A program made the translations under genes and the position numbers. A stretch of 63,779 nucleotides of DNA, counting the filler, from Thermoplasmatota archaeon (lineage in GTDB: Archaea > Thermoplasmatota > E2 > JACPAO01 > JAHFTW01): assembly GCA_041623215.1 (NCBI GenBank). It is 3 parts of 3 records of this genome, joined end to end, with 100 filler letters (N's around TTAATTAATTAA, not from the genome) between each part and the next. Parts side by side here need not be neighbours in the genome. Positions count along the whole stretch, not along the records: positions 45,249 to 63,779 come from JBFJXH010000024.1; 2 more parts are not named here. One strand, written 5' to 3'. Below the pieces are notes generated by a model, which was not told where the DNA came from, made no database searches, and saw nothing but the letters and a program-made list of their open reading frames with translations. How positions within the stretch are numbered: position 1 is the stretch's first letter; each line of letters starts with the position of its first letter. Positions 48,020 through 57,175 of the stretch are shown piece by piece.

Positions 48020-49068
48020 TCCTGGCCTTGTGTTTTGTCCGCCGCATTCGTCTCCGCGGGCGCAGGATTGGCGTCACGCAACACACCCTCCAAGAACAAC
48101 TCGCCTGCCCGGTAACTGGAGCGAACGAGGGGTCCCGCTGCAACATAGGTGAATCCAAGAGCATTGGCCATGGCCTCGTACTTCGCAAAGGTGTCTGGGT
48201 GGACATATTCCACCACCGGTAGGTGCCGGGCCTCCTGGGTGGGCCGAAGGTATTGGCCGAAGGTCACGATGTCTACGTTGGCGGCCCGCAGTTCTTCAAG
48301 ACATTCGCGCACTTCCGCTTCGTCTTCGCCAAAGCCAACCATGATGCTGGTCTTGGTCAAGCGTGCCCCCAGGCGTTTGTAGTCCGCGAGGACCCGCAGG
48401 CTTTGGTCATGGTTGGCGCGCCGGTCACGTACCACCGGCGACAAGCGGCGGACCGCTTCGATGTTGTGCGCAATGACATCAGCTCCACTATCCACGATGG
48501 CTTGCAAGGCCGCAACGTCGCCGTCGAAGTCCGGCGTCAGCACCTCCACAAGCAAATCCGCGTGGTCGGCTTTGCAGCGACGCACCACGTCCGCGAAGTG
48601 GCTGGCACCACCATCGGGCAAATCGTCGCGGTCTACGCTGGTGAGGACCACGTAGGATGCCCCCATGATGCCGACGGTCTCCGAAGTCTTGCGGGGCTCT
48701 TCGGGGTCGAGGGCGCCCGGGCGACCCGTGGGCACGGAACAGAACCGGCAGGCACGGGTGCAGGTATCCCCCATGAGCATGACGGTGGCCGTGGCGTGGC
48801 CGGAGGCGCCCCCGGACCAGCACTCGGCCAGGTTGGGGCAACGGGCTTCCTCACACACGGTCGCAAGGCCGCGCTCCTTCAGGGCCCCCTTGATGTCCGT
48901 GAATCGCTGACCACCTGGCGCCGCTGTTCGAAACCATTCCGGCAAACGGGGGCGGCCACTCGGCGTGGTGGCTGTTACGCCGCGGGGCAAGTCGCCTGCT
49001 ACGACCTCGCGCGGGTCCGTGGCAGCAGTTGCCATAGGCAGTGGTGGGGTGCCGCGTGGCCCAGTCAC
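48016..49068 (-). CDS. lipA: Lipoyl synthase
   Basis: CEEARCPNLAEC auxiliary cluster, CTRACRFC radical SAM motif, TSVDRDDLPDGGA and RSSY. Confidence 0.97.
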   Translation of the reverse strand: MTGPRGTPPLPMATAATDPREVVAGDLPRGVTATTPSGRPRLPEWFRTAAPGGQRFTDIKGALKERGLATVCEEARCPNLAECWSGGASGHATATVMLMGDTCTRACRFCSVPTGRPGALDPEEPRKTSETVGIMGASYVVLTSVDRDDLPDGGASHFADVVRRCKADHADLLVEVLTPDFDGDVAALQAIVDSGADVIAHNIEAVRRLSPVVRDRRANHDQSLRVLADYKRLGARLTKTSIMVGFGEDEAEVRECLEELRAANVDIVTFGQYLRPTQEARHLPVVEYVHPDTFAKYEAMANALGFTYVAAGPLVRSSYRAGELFLEGVLRDANPAPAETNAADKTQGQE

Positions 49069-49167
49069 AGGCGCTCCACGATGCGGGGGTTCTTGAGCCC
49101 TCGCGGTGGACCTTGTCGGACCGCCGCTGCCCGCCCTACTTAGCCCGCCTGGACCTTGCCACGTGGG

Positions 49168-50313
49168 CTACGATCCGAGCAAGTGCCGCGCAATGACGAG
49201 TCGCTGCACTTCCGATGTCCCTTCGAAGATTTCGAAGATTTTGATGTCGCGCATGTAGCGCTCCACGTCGTAATCCTTGGTGTAGCCATTGCCGCCGTGG
49301 ATTTGCACGCCTTCAATGGTGGCCCGCATGGCCATCTCAGAGCAGAAAAGCTTGGCACGGCTGGCGGCGTGGGTGTAGGCTTTTCCTTGGTCCCGAAGCC
49401 AAGCCGACTTCAGGTATAGGTTGCGGCCTGCTTCGATGCCCACATCCATGTCCGCCAGCTTCCACTGAATGGCTTGATTCATGGCAATGGGCTTGCCAAA
49501 TTGGTGGCGCTCTTTGGCGTAAGCAAGGCTGTCCTCGTAGGCGGCACGCGCAATGCCCACGCTTCCTGCTGCGGCCATGACGCGACCAGTGTCGAGAGTG
49601 CTCATGGCAATCTTGAACCCGTCCCCTTCCTTGGAAAGGAGGTTCTCGGCCGGTACGCGGAGGTCGTCGAAGAACAACTGGTTGGTGTAGGATGCGTTGA
49701 GGCCTAGCTTCTCTTCGTTCTTGCCAATGTTGAATCCGTCACTCTTCGGGTCCACGACGAAGGCGGACACGCCCCCAGGCCCGGGGTCATCGGGGTTAGT
49801 GCGCGCAAAGAGAATGCAGCAATCTGCCACTGCGCCGTTGCTGATGAAAATCTTCGAGCCGTTGATGACGTACTCATCCCCCTCCTTCACAGCCGTGGTC
49901 TTTAGGCTGCCCGCGTCGGAGCCGGCAGTGGGCTCCGTCAGGGCGTAGCATCCCATCCACTCGCCAGTGGCGAATTTCGGCAAGTAGTGATGCTTCTGCT
50001 CCTCGCTACCCCAATGAAGAATGGGACTTACGGTTAGGCTGGCCGTGGCGCCGTAGATGACCGAGTGGCTGGCACAAGCCGCGGCAATTTCTTCGGCCGC
50101 CAGGGCGAAGGAAATGTAATCGGCGCCGGGGCCACCGTAGTCCTCCGGCACGGTAATGGCGAACAAGCCCAGTTCCCCCATCCTCTTCGCGGTGGCTACC
50201 GGGAAGGAGTGTTCGGCGTCGTGCTTGCGCGCCACGGGTTTGATTTCGTTCTGGGCCAGGTCCCGCACCATCTGTTGGATGGCTTGCTGTTCGTCCGTTA
50301 GCCGGAAGTCCAT
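49168..50313 (-). CDS. Acyl-CoA dehydrogenase
   Basis: YALTEPTAGSD, GSKIFISNG, RHQFGKPI, QIHGGNGY and IFEGTSEVQR. Confidence 0.96.
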   Translation of the reverse strand: MDFRLTDEQQAIQQMVRDLAQNEIKPVARKHDAEHSFPVATAKRMGELGLFAITVPEDYGGPGADYISFALAAEEIAAACASHSVIYGATASLTVSPILHWGSEEQKHHYLPKFATGEWMGCYALTEPTAGSDAGSLKTTAVKEGDEYVINGSKIFISNGAVADCCILFARTNPDDPGPGGVSAFVVDPKSDGFNIGKNEEKLGLNASYTNQLFFDDLRVPAENLLSKEGDGFKIAMSTLDTGRVMAAAGSVGIARAAYEDSLAYAKERHQFGKPIAMNQAIQWKLADMDVGIEAGRNLYLKSAWLRDQGKAYTHAASRAKLFCSEMAMRATIEGVQIHGGNGYTKDYDVERYMRDIKIFEIFEGTSEVQRLVIARHLLGS

Positions 50314-50375
50314 GCGCGGCGACGGCCGACGTGGTTCAAGAAGGTCGTGGCCCGGAGCCTTGCGCAACCGGCAGG

Positions 50376-51335
50376 CTAGAGCGTTAATCGGCCAACGACG
50401 CGCTGCGGCGCATTGTCAACGTGCCACAGAACCCCCGTCTCACCCGCCGCGTAGACCAGCCCCTTCTCGAGGACTGCTTCGACCGTCCCCGAGGCCCCCG
50501 GTGCGGGCGCATCGGTCGTCAGGCGAACCGGGACGAATTGCATCCCCAGGCCCAGGTGGACCACGCTCCCCGCGGCCATGGATTGCTTACTAAACGGCGA
50601 ACGGGCGAGCTGAAATTGAATGGCGTCGCCTGTCTTCTTGACCGCCATTTCAGCGTCCGGCGGTGCCAGCACCATGCCGCGATCCAATTGGTCGGCCTTG
50701 GTGTTGCGAAGTGCCAAACCAACACGGTCGCCAGGGACCGCTTCATTGTGGTCGGCATCATGAATCTGGATGCTGCGGATTGGACATATGACCTTGTCCG
50801 GGTACGCGTGAAGGGTGTCACTTTTGCGGAGCGTCCCTTGCTGCACAACGCCCAAGACCACGGCCCCGACGCCCTTGACGTCAAAGTGGTGGTCCACGGG
50901 GACATGGACCGGCGCGGTGGCGTCGCGCTCCGGTTGAGCGGCCGCCAGGTGGGCGCGCGCGGCTACCCAGTCTTCCTCCGTCGTCACTGCCCACGCCTCC
51001 AGGCTCGTGCCCTTCAGTAGAGGCGCCAACTGTTCGGGCTGCAGGTAATTTCGAAGGATGATCATACCGTGCGAAATGCCGGCGGCATCCGCGGCCAAGA
51101 TTTGCTCACCCATCGTCGGCGTGATTTCATCCACCACAAGACATGCCGCGTCGGTGTTCTGGAGCGCGTAGCTGAGGCACTTGAGCTGGTCAGGATACCG
51201 GTCCGGCACAATCACCGTAACATCCACCGCGCCTTCCTTGAAGTCGTGCAGATGGATGTCGGACTGCGTGCCGACCTTACCAAATTCACGTCGTACAGAA
51301 AGGTCGCCAAGCAGGGCAGCGGTTACACCAGGCAC
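50376..51335 (-). CDS. Archaeal SelB-like elongation-factor protein (aSelBL, degenerate G domain)
   Basis: FGKVGTQSDI, YPDQ, VDHHFDVKGVGAVVLG, IRSIQIHD, GDRVGLAL and LDRG; no intact GxxxxGK(S/T). Confidence 0.85.
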   Translation of the reverse strand: MPGVTAALLGDLSVRREFGKVGTQSDIHLHDFKEGAVDVTVIVPDRYPDQLKCLSYALQNTDAACLVVDEITPTMGEQILAADAAGISHGMIILRNYLQPEQLAPLLKGTSLEAWAVTTEEDWVAARAHLAAAQPERDATAPVHVPVDHHFDVKGVGAVVLGVVQQGTLRKSDTLHAYPDKVICPIRSIQIHDADHNEAVPGDRVGLALRNTKADQLDRGMVLAPPDAEMAVKKTGDAIQFQLARSPFSKQSMAAGSVVHLGLGMQFVPVRLTTDAPAPGASGTVEAVLEKGLVYAAGETGVLWHVDNAPQRVVGRLTL

Positions 51336-51450
51336 GTGCCGCCCACCGGGGTGGATTGAAAGGGGTTTGCGCCGCAGCCGGAGACGAGGGCGTGGCGGCC
51401 GCCGCCTTCCCGGCACAAGCCATTTTCATGGCGCACGAGTGCGCGCCTTC

Positions 51451-52395
51451 GTGACCGAGCGGGTAACCTGTGGCGAATGCGGAGCCAACTATGATTCGGC
51501 CCAGACGCCCTTTTGCCCACGCTGCGGAGGGACCCGGGCCGCGACCTCCGGCGCCGTCGCCGGTGCAAAGTACGCCGCTTCGGGCGAGGCCGCGGGCACA
51601 TCCGACGGCCGCAGGGGGCTGACCGGTGCCGGGCCTGGCCTTATGTCGAAGGCGATTCAGGATCCGCGGCAGACGCGTACCCGTCGCGGCGGCATCATGC
51701 TCGCTTCCATCGCTGCCGTCTTCCTGGTCATCTTTGGCGGAGCCCTTGTGATGGCACTGACGGTTTTCGCGGAGCCGGCTACGGTGGACTACTTGCCAGG
51801 CTACGAGGGGCTCATGGCCGGCCCCGGCGGCGATTTGGAACTCACGTTTACCGACGGTGGTGCCCCGCTGGCCGGTGCTCGGGTAGAAGCCACGGCCGGC
51901 AATGGTTCCCTTGTGGCGTCGGGCGTAACCGATGCCAATGGGACCTGGGACGTGCGCGAAGTCGCTGAAGCCATGGTGCAGGTGCACGTGTATGCGCCAA
52001 GCGGCATCGCAAACGAAAGCGCGGGCGATGGACCCCCGGGCAGCAAAGAGGCCGTCTGGGCCGGTCGCTTCGTGTCCTTTCCGCTTTCGACACTGCACAC
52101 CACGATTGACGTAGCTGAACCGTCACAGGCCGAGACCATCACCTTCGCCGAGATGCCAGGCGCCTTCACGGGCTACCTCGGCTTTTTGGTTGCATTCGCG
52201 GCACTCATGCTCGCCGGCGGCATCGCCGCCATCCGCTTGCGCTGGAAAGGTCTGGCGCAGGCTGGCGCGGTGGCGGGCGTCATTCCGGGCCTCCTGTTCT
52301 TGGTCGCGACGCCGAGCATCATATCTGTCCTAGTCGCTGGCCTGCTTGGTTACGCCGCTTGGGCGATTGTCCAAGGGCGCGACGTGTTCGCTTAG
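51451..52395 (+). CDS. Membrane protein with N-terminal zinc ribbon and extracellular transthyretin/carboxypeptidase-regulatory-like domain
   Basis: CGECG...CPRCG, TM, PLAGARV...TDANG.W, then three TM helices. Confidence 0.7.
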   Translation: MTERVTCGECGANYDSAQTPFCPRCGGTRAATSGAVAGAKYAASGEAAGTSDGRRGLTGAGPGLMSKAIQDPRQTRTRRGGIMLASIAAVFLVIFGGALVMALTVFAEPATVDYLPGYEGLMAGPGGDLELTFTDGGAPLAGARVEATAGNGSLVASGVTDANGTWDVREVAEAMVQVHVYAPSGIANESAGDGPPGSKEAVWAGRFVSFPLSTLHTTIDVAEPSQAETITFAEMPGAFTGYLGFLVAFAALMLAGGIAAIRLRWKGLAQAGAVAGVIPGLLFLVATPSIISVLVAGLLGYAAWAIVQGRDVFA

Positions 52396-52426
52396 CCTCG
52401 CGTCGCCGGTTGGGGCCGCGCGGAGG

Positions 52427-53335
52427 CTAAGCGGGCTGGCCCGTCGGTGCCGGCAGTTGGTCTTCCAGTCCACAGGAGGGACACTTCAACGACGTTGGCT
52501 CGTGCAGGTGCCGGGTGGCCTTGAAGTGTGTCTTGCATTGTGGACAGTCAACCGAGACTCGGCTGACGGCAACGGGCTCTTTTCCTGCAGCGGGCTCATT
52601 GCGGGGTCCGGGCAGGATTTCCAAGTTGTCGCACTTGGGGCAGTCGAGGACTGTTTCGCCTAGCGGATTGCGGTCCACGTTGAAGCGCGTTTGACACTCT
52701 GTGCAGACGACGTCGAGGCGCACGCGTGGTGGGCGCTTCGGGCGTTGCCATGGTAGGATAGGGGTGCTACCTCCTGCTTCGCGAACGGCGATCCGTTCGT
52801 CACGCGCGACAGCCCAGTCGTGGCGGCGGCGTGCCCAACGTTCCCGTCGTTGTTCGCGCCGGTCATCTTGGCGACTGCCAGCTTTGCGGCTGCGCTCCCG
52901 GGCCTCCGCCAGTTCTTCCTGCACGCTTGGATCTGACAAGTCCACCGAGATTTCCATGCCACGCTTCGGGTCGGTAACCGCGTGGGCCCAAAAGGCATTG
53001 AGCTTGGTTTGGGTCCATCCGATGAACCACAAGTTGCCCAGGACGGGGAACAGGCTGGCGGCCCAAATGGCAGCCGGATTCCCATACTGTACGGGACTGT
53101 CGGCCACCATGGCATCAATGCGGCGGGCGGTTTGAAACTGAACAATCGTGGGTCCGATGATGGGGAGCACCAGCAAGGTCCGGTTGAGGCCGTGGTTGAG
53201 GTGCAACGCTTCGTGGCCGTCAACCTCGTGGTTGATGCGGTCAAGCCATACGCGGCGGCTAATGCCGAAGGTGTAGAGGTAGGCCAGAAGTCGTTTCCAG
53301 ACTGTCCGGGTTCTGCCCACGAAAACGAACCGCAC
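52427..53335 (-). CDS. DUF4234-like membrane protein with two C-terminal zinc ribbons
   Basis: TFGI...W...IN.E and Q.KLN..W; CTEC..CPKC and CPQC..CPSC. Confidence 0.65.
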   Translation of the reverse strand: MRFVFVGRTRTVWKRLLAYLYTFGISRRVWLDRINHEVDGHEALHLNHGLNRTLLVLPIIGPTIVQFQTARRIDAMVADSPVQYGNPAAIWAASLFPVLGNLWFIGWTQTKLNAFWAHAVTDPKRGMEISVDLSDPSVQEELAEARERSRKAGSRQDDRREQRRERWARRRHDWAVARDERIAVREAGGSTPILPWQRPKRPPRVRLDVVCTECQTRFNVDRNPLGETVLDCPKCDNLEILPGPRNEPAAGKEPVAVSRVSVDCPQCKTHFKATRHLHEPTSLKCPSCGLEDQLPAPTGQPA

Positions 53336-53444
53336 GCGCCGACCACTCCAGGGGGCGGTTTCAAGGTTTGTAGTTGCCCCGCACGAAAATCACGCGTGAC
53401 ACGGATGCACAACCGCTTTACCCAATCGGCCATGAACGCGGCCT

Positions 53445-54578
53445 ATGCGTGTACTCGTAGCATTCTTCCTGGTGGCGGCAACGGCATTTGCTGGCTGCAC
53501 AGACAGTGGCGACGGCGGCAGCGCCGACGGCTTTTCCATCACGGCGGCAGACGACCCCATCACTCAACCGTACACGTTCAAGGCGACTGTCACGGCCGAC
53601 AGTTACCGCTGGGACCTTGGAACAGGGGTTGACTTTGCCGACGGCAAGGAAGTAAGCCACACATACGGCTTCACCAATGGTAAGCTGCGCGTCAAGCTCA
53701 CCACGTCCACCGCCGGCGAAAACCAAACCTTCACGCGCACTGTGGAACTCGGCACCGGCCTCAACAACGACCCGGTCGTTTCTTTGCAACAGGAGACCAA
53801 TTGGGCTACCACGGCCGAAACCGTCACGTTCAGCGGCGAAGACTTCACGGACGATGACGGCGACGCAGTGTACTTTGCTTGGCTTTGCTTCCGCAAGGGC
53901 GACTTGGCTGCTGGCGATGGCCATGGCCACGACCACGGAGGCGGAGGCGACGGCGTACCCTTCGCAACAGGAGGCGGCGCTCGGCCCGCAGTGCCTGCCG
54001 CAGGCCCTCTGACGCCTGCCGCTACATCGCTTTCAGATGTGTGCAATGACCTTGACGGCTCCATCGCGTACTCCACCGAGCCCTCCCTCACGGGTGCGTT
54101 CCCGCAAACCGGTGTCTACAGCATCACCATGCTCGCCAAGGACCCCAAAAGCGCATCACAAGCTTTCGAAGCCACCATCTTCGTCTCGGATACCCGACCC
54201 CAAGCGACGATTCAGGAAAACTTCACAGGCACCTTTACAGGCGGCGACGGCGGAACTGTCCAAGACTTCATGGAGACGCTGGGCCAAGATGGCATCTACG
54301 ACCGCGTCAGCCACAACTTCCGCCTCGACCTGCCCAACTTCGCAACCACCTTCGTCGTCACACCGGTGGGCGCGGAGGGCGGCCAAGTCTCCTACACCGT
54401 GTATCAGGGTGAAACGCCCCTCTTTGTTGACCAAACCACCGACTTGATTGTGGATGGTCTGGGGGCCGGCGAATACACCGTGGAGCTCATTCTGCACCAG
54501 GGCAATGACGTGCCCTACACGCTCGACATTACGAGTACGCAAGACCTGAATCCTCTTCATCTGTACCAGGCCCTGTAG
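53445..54578 (+). CDS. PKD-domain lipoprotein with His-rich loop
   Basis: Lipobox FAGC; YRWDLGTG..VSHTY; GDGHGHDHGGG. Confidence 0.8.
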   Translation: MRVLVAFFLVAATAFAGCTDSGDGGSADGFSITAADDPITQPYTFKATVTADSYRWDLGTGVDFADGKEVSHTYGFTNGKLRVKLTTSTAGENQTFTRTVELGTGLNNDPVVSLQQETNWATTAETVTFSGEDFTDDDGDAVYFAWLCFRKGDLAAGDGHGHDHGGGGDGVPFATGGGARPAVPAAGPLTPAATSLSDVCNDLDGSIAYSTEPSLTGAFPQTGVYSITMLAKDPKSASQAFEATIFVSDTRPQATIQENFTGTFTGGDGGTVQDFMETLGQDGIYDRVSHNFRLDLPNFATTFVVTPVGAEGGQVSYTVYQGETPLFVDQTTDLIVDGLGAGEYTVELILHQGNDVPYTLDITSTQDLNPLHLYQAL

Positions 54579-54675
54579 GCCTAACCTGGCCGCGGGCCCC
54601 GCCGACACTCCTTAGTCCAATGCCGCGACAGGCACCTTTTTCCCTCCGCCTCGTTCAAGAATCGACAAACAGTGG

Positions 54676-56328
54676 ATGCCTATGAAGCCTCGAACGCCCC
54701 TTCTTGCCCTCGTCCTAACGCTCCCCGCCCTCGCTGGCTGCATCGGGGCGACCACCAGTAACGGCTCCGACTTCGAGCCAGGCACGGGCTGGGAACCCAC
54801 GGGAAACACTGTCCACCTGCGGATGTGGGTGGAGGACCTCACGCAGACGCCCGTTTACCCGGGCTTCAACGCCAACCTGTGGGCGTTTTGTGCGGAGGCC
54901 GCCGACCCCAATGACGCCTACTCTGCGGCCGCCATCGAATACCGCGAACAAGATGGCATCCTGATGGACCGCAACAGCAACACACGGCCTGCCGAAGGCG
55001 ACAAGTGTAGTGTGCCCGGCCCCCAGCTTCGCGTCAAGCAAGGCGACCGAGTCATCGTCGATTTCCAAAACGACCACTTTCACCCCCACACCATTCACTG
55101 GCACGGCCAATTCGTCCCGTACGAATCGGACGGCGTGCCCGGCAGCACGCAAGATTCAGTCGCCCAGGGCCAATCCTTCCGATACGACTTCATCGCCAAG
55201 CGGGCCGGCACCCTGTGGTACCACTGCCACGTTGACACGCAATTCCACGTCATGCAGGGGCTGTATGGCATGATGATTGTCGAGCCCCAGGACGAGTCCC
55301 TCGAACCGAAGGACATTGACAAGGAATACAGCCTGGTTTTGTCAAACTTGGTGCGCGACCTGGTGGAGTACATCCCCCCCAAGGAAGGCGAAGTCGTTGA
55401 CCCCCATGCCGCCCACAAACATGGTGGTGCCTGCGGCGCCAGCGGCATCCAGGGGTGCCAGAACCCAGCCCACGACTTGGAGCCAGACGTGTTCCTGCTC
55501 AACGGCCATAGCTTCCCAAAAACCGTGGAGCGGGATGATACGCTCATCTCCTTGGCGCCGGGCGAGCGGGTGCGAGTCCGCATTCTCAACGCCGGCCCCG
55601 TTACGATGGAGACCCTGCACCCGCATGGGCATGACTTCCTCGTCACCCACAAGGACGGCAACCCACTTCCCATCAATGCGCGCTACTGGGTGGACACGCT
55701 CACCATCGGGCCCGGCGAACGATATGACGTCGTCTTGGAGGGCCATGAGGACCGCGAAGGCATCTGGGTGCTCCACACCCACATCACCAGCCATGTCACC
55801 AATGATGGCCAATACCCGGGCGGCATGCTAACCAAGATTGTCTACCCGGGCTTCGTGGATGCCCACTCGCCCTACGCGGATGGTGCCGAGCTGCCCGGCG
55901 GCCAGCCCTACCGCGAGCCAGTAGTCCTGCCCGACGATTATAGCGACGACGAGCGCTTCAACTTCATGGCTGCCTCCGGGGCTATCCAAGGCGTCAGCGG
56001 CGATTGGTGGTTCGACGTCGGCCTGAAGTGTGCAATTCGAAACGGCGTCCACTTCGTGGCTGACCTGGAGACGTACGATCCTGTGTCGGCCCAAGCCGCC
56101 GACCTCACCGTGACCATTAACGACCCCGACGGCGCCTTGGCCACCACGCTGCAACTCGGCGGCGATGCCATCCGGGACGAATGGATGCCGGACCCGGCAA
56201 CCCTGAAGGAAGGCAACTACACGGTCGCCATCACAGGCAACGCAGGCGACTCCGTCCTAACGCTGCGGGTTGCGGTCGACTACTACGACTCCATGGCTGC
56301 CTTGGAAGCCACCGGGCACAGTTGTTAG
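54676..56328 (+). CDS. Two-domain multicopper oxidase lipoprotein (type C) with C-terminal extension
   Basis: Lipobox LAGC; domain 1 HTIHWHG and WYHCHVDTQFHVMQGL; domain 2 ETLHPHG and WVLHTHITSH. Confidence 0.9.
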   Translation: MPMKPRTPLLALVLTLPALAGCIGATTSNGSDFEPGTGWEPTGNTVHLRMWVEDLTQTPVYPGFNANLWAFCAEAADPNDAYSAAAIEYREQDGILMDRNSNTRPAEGDKCSVPGPQLRVKQGDRVIVDFQNDHFHPHTIHWHGQFVPYESDGVPGSTQDSVAQGQSFRYDFIAKRAGTLWYHCHVDTQFHVMQGLYGMMIVEPQDESLEPKDIDKEYSLVLSNLVRDLVEYIPPKEGEVVDPHAAHKHGGACGASGIQGCQNPAHDLEPDVFLLNGHSFPKTVERDDTLISLAPGERVRVRILNAGPVTMETLHPHGHDFLVTHKDGNPLPINARYWVDTLTIGPGERYDVVLEGHEDREGIWVLHTHITSHVTNDGQYPGGMLTKIVYPGFVDAHSPYADGAELPGGQPYREPVVLPDDYSDDERFNFMAASGAIQGVSGDWWFDVGLKCAIRNGVHFVADLETYDPVSAQAADLTVTINDPDGALATTLQLGGDAIRDEWMPDPATLKEGNYTVAITGNAGDSVLTLRVAVDYYDSMAALEATGHSC

Positions 56329-56403
56329 CGTCCGCCAGCCGCCCGGCGACTCCATAACCCTTAAACCGCTTCTCCAGTGGCCGCGCCATAGGGAGCCTCG
56401 GCC

Positions 56404-56979
56404 ATGTACCGCATCATCCAGATGAGTGACACCGTACGCATTCCTCCAGAACTTATGATGGAGGACCTGCAGGATGCAATCGAACACCTGGTGCAAACCA
56501 GCTTCGAGGGCCGCCTCAATAAGAGCCACGGCATCACCGTGCTGACCACCAACGTCCAACCAAGCGGCGAAGGTGCAGTCATCCACGGCGACGGCGCCAT
56601 TTACCAGAAAGTCACCTTCGACGCCCTGGTGTTCAAGCCGGACAACCAAGAGGTTGTGGACGGCATCGTGGCTGAAGTGGTCGAATTCGGTGCCTTCGTG
56701 CACATCGGCCCCCTGGATGCCCTTGTCCACATGAGTCAAGTCATGAACGACTTCGTTCACGCCGACGTCATGAACGAGCGGCTCACCGGCAAGGAGACCG
56801 GTCGCTTCCTCGACGTGGGCGACAACGTGCGCGCACGCGTCGTCACCGCCAGCCTCAACGAACTGTCGCCCCGCGAATCCAAGATTGGCTTGACCATGCG
56901 CCAACCGGGCCTTGGCAAGTTCGAGTGGATTGACGAAGACCGAAGCCGCGCCCACGAGACCGCCGCCGAGGCCGCCTAA
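56404..56979 (+). CDS. rpo7: RNA polymerase subunit Rpo7 (E')
   Basis: VRIPP, GDGAIY, EFGAFVHIGPLDALVHMSQ, GD.VRARV and KIGLTMRQPGLGKFEWI. Confidence 0.97.
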   Translation: MYRIIQMSDTVRIPPELMMEDLQDAIEHLVQTSFEGRLNKSHGITVLTTNVQPSGEGAVIHGDGAIYQKVTFDALVFKPDNQEVVDGIVAEVVEFGAFVHIGPLDALVHMSQVMNDFVHADVMNERLTGKETGRFLDVGDNVRARVVTASLNELSPRESKIGLTMRQPGLGKFEWIDEDRSRAHETAAEAA

Positions 56980-56995
56980 CCACGGAGCATTGAGC

Positions 56996-57175
56996 ATGAA
57001 CCGCGCCTGCCCCAACGACCACTTCCTGTCCGACGAAGCCCTGTGCCCCCAGTGCGGCACGCCCACGAAGAAATCGTGGAGCGGCCTTCTCACCGTCATC
57101 AACGCCGAACGCAGCGACCTGGCCGAAGCCATGAACGTAACTCAGCCCGGCAACTACGCACTCAAGGTGCGGTGA
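56996..57175 (+). CDS. spt4: Transcription elongation factor Spt4 (RpoE'')
   Basis: RAC..H...CPQCG, WSGLL, S.LA and PGNYALKVR; follows rpo7. Confidence 0.93.
   Translation: MNRACPNDHFLSDEALCPQCGTPTKKSWSGLLTVINAERSDLAEAMNVTQPGNYALKVR

Noticed and set aside
50376..51335. SelB-like gene as evidence for selenocysteine recoding
   Set aside because: It lacks the GTPase P-loop and fits aSelBL; I saw no in-frame TGA gene or tRNA-Sec in the window.
54676..56328. Copper nitrite reductase NirK
   Set aside because: All four HxH motifs of a trinuclear cluster are present (HWH, HCH, HPH, HTH), which fits a two-domain oxidase rather than NirK.
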